59,790 nt of DNA from Candidatus Caldipriscus sp. (GTDB taxonomy: Bacteria > Hydrothermota > Hydrothermia > LBFQ01), in NCBI GenBank assembly GCA_049414445.1, contig JBMSAP010000018.1, positions 1 through 59,790 of the forward strand. Reading direction: 5' to 3'. Shown piece after piece: positions 54,447-59,790 of the stretch (positions are counted from its first letter, which is position 1; each line of letters starts with the position of its first letter). A program made the translations under genes and the position numbers. The notes beneath the pieces are model-generated. The model was not told the DNA's origin, did no database searches, and saw only the letters and a program-made list of their open reading frames with translations.

Positions 54447-55892
54447 ATGAAGCTCTTCGAGTGCGTCCCAAACTTTTCGGAAGGAAGAAATCATGATGTG
54501 ATAAATTCAATAAGGGATGCCATTATATCCGTTCCGGACGTTAAACTTTTGGATGTTGAGGTGGATCCGGATCACAACAGGAGCGTTTTTACGTTCGTTG
54601 GGACCGCAGAAGGGGTTTTAGAAGCGGCTTATAGATCCATAGGGGTTGCAATAAAGCTAATAGACCTGAATAAGCATAGGGGGCAACACCCGAGAATTGG
54701 TGCTGCGGATGTGGTGCCTTTCGTTCCCCTGTTTGATGCCACGATGGAGGAGGCGGTGCAATTGGCGAAAAATCTGGCAGAGAGGGTATCAAGGGATTTC
54801 AATTTACCAGTTTATCTTTACGGGTACGCGGCTACTAAGCCCGAAAGGGAAGATCTTGCGAATATAAGGAAGGGGGAGTTTGAAGGTTTAAGGGAGAAGA
54901 TGAAGGATCCAAACTGGAAACCCGATTATGGTCCGGATAAACCCCACCCCACCGCGGGAGCAACAGTAATAGGCGCGAGGAAGATCCTGATAGCTTACAA
55001 TGTAAATTTAAAGGGTAGAGACCTGAAAGCAGCGCAAAATATAGCAAAACATGTAAGGTTCAGGGATGGGGGATTAAGGTTCGTTAAAGCCTTGGGTTTT
55101 GACCTTGAATCAAAGAATATGGTTCAGGTATCCATGAACCTGACGGATTACGAGAAAACCCCTATATTCGTGGCTTACGAAAACGTGAAGATGTGGGCGG
55201 AGAGGTACGGGCAGGAGATTTACGAATCGGAGATAGTTGGGCTTGTTCCTTTAAAGGCTCTCGTTGATACCGTAAGGTTTTATTTGAGGCTTAACAATTT
55301 CAAGGATGATCAGATCATTGAGGGTAGGCTTTACGAAGGTTGGACTTTGGAGACTTACCTTTGGGAGCTTGCAAGTTCCGAGGCGGTTCCGGGAGGGGGT
55401 AGCGCTTCCGCCCTTTCCCTAGCTCAGGCGAGCGCATTAATATCAATGGTTTGCGGTATAGGACTAAAGGGCAAAAAATACTCGGAAAATTGGAAGAAGT
55501 TTGATAGGATAAGAACTTTAGCCAAGGATATACTGAAGAGGGCAAAGGAGCTTATATACGAAGATACACAAGCTTTTAAGGGGGTTATGGATGCTTATAG
55601 GAAGAAAGAAGGAATTAGGGAGGCGCTGATAAGGGCGGCGGAGGTACCCCTTGAAACCGCCGAACTTTCTTTAAGGGTTTTAAATCTTTGCTCGGAGATA
55701 AAGGACATAGCACCGAAAAGCGCAATAAGTGACGTATATACCGCGAAGTATCAGGCGATTGCATCCTTCAAGGGGGCCATTGAAAACGTCAAAATAAACC
55801 TTGAGAGCCTTGAGGAATGCCCAGAAAAGCAAGAGATTAAGGGAAAGATGGAGGAACTTTTGAGGGAATTCAAGAATTATGAGGATCATTGA
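54447..55892 (+). CDS. ftcD: bifunctional glutamate formimidoyltransferase / formimidoyltetrahydrofolate cyclodeaminase
   Basis: N-terminal ECVPNFSEGRN. The C-terminal cyclodeaminase region has VPGGGSASALSLAQASALISMV. Confidence 0.8.
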   Translation: MKLFECVPNFSEGRNHDVINSIRDAIISVPDVKLLDVEVDPDHNRSVFTFVGTAEGVLEAAYRSIGVAIKLIDLNKHRGQHPRIGAADVVPFVPLFDATMEEAVQLAKNLAERVSRDFNLPVYLYGYAATKPEREDLANIRKGEFEGLREKMKDPNWKPDYGPDKPHPTAGATVIGARKILIAYNVNLKGRDLKAAQNIAKHVRFRDGGLRFVKALGFDLESKNMVQVSMNLTDYEKTPIFVAYENVKMWAERYGQEIYESEIVGLVPLKALVDTVRFYLRLNNFKDDQIIEGRLYEGWTLETYLWELASSEAVPGGGSASALSLAQASALISMVCGIGLKGKKYSENWKKFDRIRTLAKDILKRAKELIYEDTQAFKGVMDAYRKKEGIREALIRAAEVPLETAELSLRVLNLCSEIKDIAPKSAISDVYTAKYQAIASFKGAIENVKINLESLEECPEKQEIKGKMEELLREFKNYEDH

Positions 55893-56283
55893 GGCATGCA
55901 TATACGTATCAGATGTTGATTGTGCGGAGGATTTCTACTCAAAACTCCTTGGGATAAAACCTTACGCGAAGGTGGAAGGGAGGCACGTATTCTTCAAGCT
56001 TGAAAACTCCATGCTTTTGATATTTAACCCCGAATATACCAAAAAGAGCGTAGATGTGCCACCTCATGGGTGTTTTGGACAGGGACATATAGCCTTTGCA
56101 ATAAGGGAAGATGAAATAGGGGATTTAAAAGAAAAACTTAGAGAGCTTGGGATAGAGATAGAGGCGGAGGTTAATTGGAAAAATGGGGGGAGGTCAATAT
56201 ACCTTAGGGATCCCTTTGGGAACAGCGTTGAATTTACCACCCCGAAAACCTGGGGGTACGATTGGAAAGATTTTACAGGTTAA
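55879..56283 (+). CDS. VOC-family (glyoxalase/bleomycin resistance) protein
   Basis: 134 aa with a beta-alpha-beta-beta-beta module pattern and GHIAF..DPFGNSVEF. Confidence 0.7.
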   Translation: MRIIEACIYVSDVDCAEDFYSKLLGIKPYAKVEGRHVFFKLENSMLLIFNPEYTKKSVDVPPHGCFGQGHIAFAIREDEIGDLKEKLRELGIEIEAEVNWKNGGRSIYLRDPFGNSVEFTTPKTWGYDWKDFTG

Positions 56284-57368
56284 TATCCTCCTTGATCCCA
56301 GTAAATTGCCAAAATACTGATGGGAAAGTTCTTTTTCATGCATCATCAATTGGGGAAATAAACGCCCTTTATCCTCTAATAAAAAAGTTCCCATCCTACA
56401 AGCTTTCGGTCTTCACAAAATGGGGGTACGAATATGCAAGATCGTTGGGTTTGAACGTTATAAGGTTCCCATTTGATAATCCCGGGTGCTTAAGGAAGAT
56501 CTTGAGGGGTGTTAGGATGGTTATCATAGCGGAGACGGAGATCTGGCCGAATTTGATAATCACCGCAAAGGATATGGGTATAAAGGTTTTCATAGTAAAT
56601 GGTACGGTTGGTGAAAGGGCTTTTAAGGTTTATAAAAAATTGGGGTTGTTTAGGAGGGCAATAAGCGCGGTGGACCTTGTGATCTGCCAAAGCGAGGAGG
56701 ATGAGAGGAGGTTTAGGGAGATGGGGGCGAGAAATGTTGAGGTTTTTGGGAATTTGAAATTTGACAGCGTAGAAAGGCCAATAAAGGATATAAAATTTGA
56801 GAGGTTTAAGGCGGAAAACTCCTTCATATTCGCAAATATAAGGGGGAAGGAGATTAAGGATGTGGTTAAGGCGATAAGGTTTTCAATGGAGAGATTGGGA
56901 AATTTAAGTTTCATAATAGCGCCGAGGCACCTTGAGAATGTAAGGAAAATTGAGAGGGAGCTTAAGGGGGCTGGTATAGATTTTTCCCTTAGAACTAAGG
57001 AAGGGGAAAGTAAGGTTTTAATATTGGATACGTTGGGGGAGCTTTGGAGCATTTACAGGTTCGGTAAGGGTTGTTTTGTTGGTGGAAGCCTTTACGATTA
57101 TGGGGGGCATAGTTTAATAGAGCCAGCATATTGGAAATTACCCACAGGGGTAGGACCATACTTACATAAACAGCCTTACGCTTGGGATATGGTTAAGGAT
57201 GGGGCGGTTTATTTGGTTAGAAATTGGGAGGAGTTGGGGGGATTCATAGTGAGGGTTTATTCCGACCCTTCCTTTGCGGAAAACCTATCCTCAAGGATAT
57301 ACGGATTTTACTTGAAGAATAGGGGGGTTGTGGATAGGGTTTATGAGAGGATAAATTTATGGAGATAG
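56262..57368 (+). CDS. waaA: 3-deoxy-D-manno-octulosonic acid (Kdo) transferase
   Basis: LFHASSIGEINALYPLI motif and a GT-B C-terminal half (GGSL..GGHSLIEPA). It is the short type with no long membrane anchor. Confidence 0.8.
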   Translation: MERFYRLISSLIPVNCQNTDGKVLFHASSIGEINALYPLIKKFPSYKLSVFTKWGYEYARSLGLNVIRFPFDNPGCLRKILRGVRMVIIAETEIWPNLIITAKDMGIKVFIVNGTVGERAFKVYKKLGLFRRAISAVDLVICQSEEDERRFREMGARNVEVFGNLKFDSVERPIKDIKFERFKAENSFIFANIRGKEIKDVVKAIRFSMERLGNLSFIIAPRHLENVRKIERELKGAGIDFSLRTKEGESKVLILDTLGELWSIYRFGKGCFVGGSLYDYGGHSLIEPAYWKLPTGVGPYLHKQPYAWDMVKDGAVYLVRNWEELGGFIVRVYSDPSFAENLSSRIYGFYLKNRGVVDRVYERINLWR

Positions 57369-58411
57369 TGGTGATCCTCAATTCTTGGAACTATTCGGGA
57401 TTTGGGGATCAAAAAAAGGGGGACAGTATAACTTTGGGTATTTTAAGGGATTTAGCGGAAAGGGGATATCCCTTGGCGGAAGCGAAAATTTTTTTGGGAA
57501 AGAGGGAATACATAGCCCTTGTGAATAAGGGGAAGTTCGTTTCCTTAAAACCTTCGCAAATTTACGGGGAATTTCCCGAGGGAAACATCCGTTGGATACT
57601 CAGGGGATATTACGGTAAAGCCTTCAGGTACTCCGAAATTTTGAAGGTATCAAAATTGGCAAGGTTTTACGACTTGGATCTTAAGGTCTTCAGGGGCAAA
57701 GAAGATGTGGTTCTATATTTTTCATCCCCATCAAACTCAAGGGTTTTTCTCAATTTGATGGGTGGGAAAACCGCAACGGGTTATCTTTCGGTTTCCGTCT
57801 TCAACCTTTTTTCCACAGTAGGAAAATTTGAGGTCCTTGGGCAGTTTGATACCTTAAGGTTCTATTCTGAATTTTCCGTCGACATATCGGAAAATATTTA
57901 CCTTCCCTTCGGGGTTTTTCTTGAGGGTAACTTGGGAAAAGATGGGATATTTTATCTCTTTGGGATACACAGATGGTATAACCTTTTGAACTTTGGGTTG
58001 GGTTTTGGGGAATTTGGCGGGAGTTTTGGGGTATTGAGGTTGATAAGCGTAGATCCGAGCTTTGAAGGGAAGATCCTTATGGGTTTTGGTGAGGTGGGGT
58101 TTGAGGGAAGATTTCGGTTTTGGAACTTGAGGATGAGGGCGTTTAAGGGGTTTAGGAACTTGAAAAAACCCTATGGGGGCTTTGATGGATATAGGGAGGT
58201 TTCACCCCTTAACTCCTTAGAAAACAAATTTTTTACCCTGAACCTTGAATTACCCCTTTATTCAAAGGCGGTAAAATTCGGACCCTTCTTTGACGCGCTG
58301 ATTACAAGGGATACGGATTACACTTTCGGAATTTTCCTAAATTATGGAAATTTGAGGATGTTCTTGAGCAGGAGGGGGTTTTTCGGGGTATCTTTGGGGA
58401 TAGAGAGGTAA
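57359..58411 (+). CDS. hypothetical beta-rich protein, possibly a reduced Omp85-like barrel
   Basis: 350 aa, G/F/Y/L-rich with alternating pattern. YGGFDGYRE and FNLELPLY..GPFFDA resemble Omp85 C-terminal motifs. No signal peptide is visible. Confidence 0.3.
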   Translation: MEIVVILNSWNYSGFGDQKKGDSITLGILRDLAERGYPLAEAKIFLGKREYIALVNKGKFVSLKPSQIYGEFPEGNIRWILRGYYGKAFRYSEILKVSKLARFYDLDLKVFRGKEDVVLYFSSPSNSRVFLNLMGGKTATGYLSVSVFNLFSTVGKFEVLGQFDTLRFYSEFSVDISENIYLPFGVFLEGNLGKDGIFYLFGIHRWYNLLNFGLGFGEFGGSFGVLRLISVDPSFEGKILMGFGEVGFEGRFRFWNLRMRAFKGFRNLKKPYGGFDGYREVSPLNSLENKFFTLNLELPLYSKAVKFGPFFDALITRDTDYTFGIFLNYGNLRMFLSRRGFFGVSLGIER

Positions 58412-58429
58412 ATGGGAATTAAGCACCAT

Positions 58430-58435
58430 TAAAAT
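58430..58435 (+). promoter_or_regulatory. -10-like box TAAAAT, 9 nt upstream of the repeat-protein ATG
   Basis: The sequence reads caTTAAAATactattcgtATG. Confidence 0.45.
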
Positions 58436-58444
58436 ACTATTCGT

Positions 58445-59323
58445 ATGAAAAGGGTAATTTTGGTTATTTCAGGCGCTCTTGCTTTGGGTTTTTGGTCGGA
58501 GGTTTTTGTGGAAGGTTTTGGATATCCAAGGCCGTATTCTTCAAATAATCCAATGTCGGCTGTATCGTTCGCTAAGACTTATGGGGGAACAGATTATGAT
58601 GGGGCTTCTTCCATTCAACAAACATCCGACGGTGGATACATAGTGGCGGGTGAGACATATTCCTTCTGTGTGGGCTGGGATGATATTTTTCTCATTAAGA
58701 CGGATGCGAACGGGAACATACAATGGGTTAAAACTTACGGGGGAACAAGTATTGATGGGGCTTATTTCGTTCAACAAACATCTGACGGCGGATATATTAT
58801 GGCGGGTTATACAGGTTCCTTCGGTGCGGGCAGTGCTGATATTATCCTCATCAAGACGGATGCGAACGGGAACATACAATGGGCTAAAACTTATGGGGGA
58901 ATAAGTCATGATGGGGCTTATTTCGTTCAACAAACATCTGACGGCGGATATATTATGGCGGGGTATACAGGTTCCTTCGGTGCGGGCAGTGCTGATATTA
59001 TCCTCATTAAGACGGATGCAAACGGGAACATAATCTGGGCTAAAACTTACGGGGGAACAGATTATGATTGGGCTTCTTCCGTTCAGCAAACATCCGACGG
59101 CGGATACATAGTGGCGGGTTATACAGGTTCCTTCGGTGCGGGCTGGGAAGATATTTTTCTCATTAAGACGGATGCGAACGGGAATATACAATGGGCTAAA
59201 ACTTACGGGGGAACAAGTATTGATGGGGCTTATTTCGTTCAACAAACATCTGACGGCGGATATATTATGGCGGGGTATACAGGTTCCTTCCGTGCGGGCC
59301 GTGCTGATATTTTCCTCATTTAG
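58445..59323 (+). CDS. secreted repeat protein (52-aa KTYGG / QQTSDGGYI / LIKTDANGN units, beta-propeller-like), as terminated by an in-frame TAG
   Basis: Signal peptide MKRVILVISGALALGFW followed by 5 repeat units. The TAG at 59321 replaces the AAG codon found at the same position in the other units. Confidence 0.6.
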   Translation: MKRVILVISGALALGFWSEVFVEGFGYPRPYSSNNPMSAVSFAKTYGGTDYDGASSIQQTSDGGYIVAGETYSFCVGWDDIFLIKTDANGNIQWVKTYGGTSIDGAYFVQQTSDGGYIMAGYTGSFGAGSADIILIKTDANGNIQWAKTYGGISHDGAYFVQQTSDGGYIMAGYTGSFGAGSADIILIKTDANGNIIWAKTYGGTDYDWASSVQQTSDGGYIVAGYTGSFGAGWEDIFLIKTDANGNIQWAKTYGGTSIDGAYFVQQTSDGGYIMAGYTGSFRAGRADIFLI

Positions 59324-59790
59324 ACTGATGCGAACGGGAACGTACAATGGGCTAAAACTTACGGGGGAACAGGTGCTTCTTCCTTTCAACAGACATCTGA
59401 TGGTGGATATATAGTGGCGGGTGGGACATATTCCTTCGGTGCGGGCAGTGCTGATATTATCCTCATTAAGACGGATGCGAACGGGAACATACAATGGGCT
59501 AAAACTTATGGGGGAACAAGTCATGATTGGGCTTCTTCCGTTCAGCAAACATCCGACGGCGGATACATAGTGGCGGGTTATACAGGTTCCTTCGGTGCGG
59601 GCTGGGAAGATATTTTTCTCATTAAGACGGATGCGAACGGGAACATACAATGGGCTAAAACTTACGGGGGAACAAGTATTGATGGGGCTTATTTCGTTCA
59701 ACAAACATCTGACGGCGGATATATTATGGCGGGTTATACAGGTTCCTTCGGTGCGGGCAGTGCTGATATTATCCTCATTAAGACGGATGC
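58574..59790 (+). repeat. tandem array of 156-nt coding repeats (about 7.8 units, one unit of 147 nt), cut by window end
   Basis: The AAG-ACG-GAT-GCG unit marker recurs at 58697, 58853, 59009, 59165, 59321 (as TAG), 59468, 59624 and 59780. Units at 58697 and 59624 differ at 2 of 156 nt. Confidence 0.95.
59324..59790 (+). pseudogene. continuation of the same repeat reading frame beyond the in-frame TAG, open to the window edge
   Basis: The same frame stays free of stops for 155 codons to nt 59790 and encodes 3 more repeat units. No start codon or RBS follows the TAG. Confidence 0.5.

Noticed and set aside
58541-59704. 387-aa ORF on the minus strand across the repeat array
   Set aside because: It is a mirror image of the sense-strand repeats, which happen to lack reverse-strand stops. 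The product is C/R/S/P-rich with no start context. The plus strand has a promoter box, a signal peptide and periodic conservation.
58574-59790. CRISPR array or DGR template/variable repeats
   Set aside because: The units are contiguous with no spacers, are in-frame and coding. Differences between units are not restricted to adenines, and no cas or reverse-transcriptase gene is in the window.

Overview
This is a very gene-dense chromosomal segment, roughly 98% occupied. It appears to come from a diderm, thermophile-like bacterium: coding strands are purine-loaded, proteins are rich in K/E/R/I, and LPS genes lptF/G, waaA and rfaE2 are present. I call about 75 protein genes and three tRNAs (Arg-CCG, Ala-GGC, Gln-CUG). 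I recognise no rRNA, CRISPR array, IS element or prophage gene. The core content is: (1) a tRNA-Gln-tuf-S10 ribosomal cluster that stops after L24; (2) rpsP-KH-rimM-gatA; (3) a nine-gene string ctp-queD-X-pheT-zapB/zapA-like-rny-rseP; (4) ybaB-recR-rfaE2-folC; (5) fadD-cdaA-cdaR; (6) purA, pyrG, fabD and ftcD. Genes are packed into long strings with 1-26 nt overlaps, and six of the seven convergent junctions overlap at their 3' ends. The main observations are: (a) a TAnAAT box sits 6-10 nt upstream of nearly every transcription-unit start, with no Shine-Dalgarno, which suggests leaderless mRNAs and near-leaderless tRNAs; (b) tRNA-Arg abuts the fadD ATG, and tRNA-Ala overlaps a stop codon; (c) a divergent locus pairs sppA plus a 720-aa hydrolase with a 739-aa multi-OB-fold/FlgD-Ig protein coupled to an orphan Mre11/SbcD-like nuclease; (d) a single 481-nt A/T-rich gap holds a start-less ORF relic next to a MutS2 that lacks Smr; (e) a CADD-type di-iron protein is coupled to a GT2-deacetylase fusion; (f) an orphan NuoC-like gene is fused to the pyrG unit; (g) a terminal array of near-identical 156-nt coding repeats carries an in-frame TAG. 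All functional calls come from motif recognition by eye; no database search was run.
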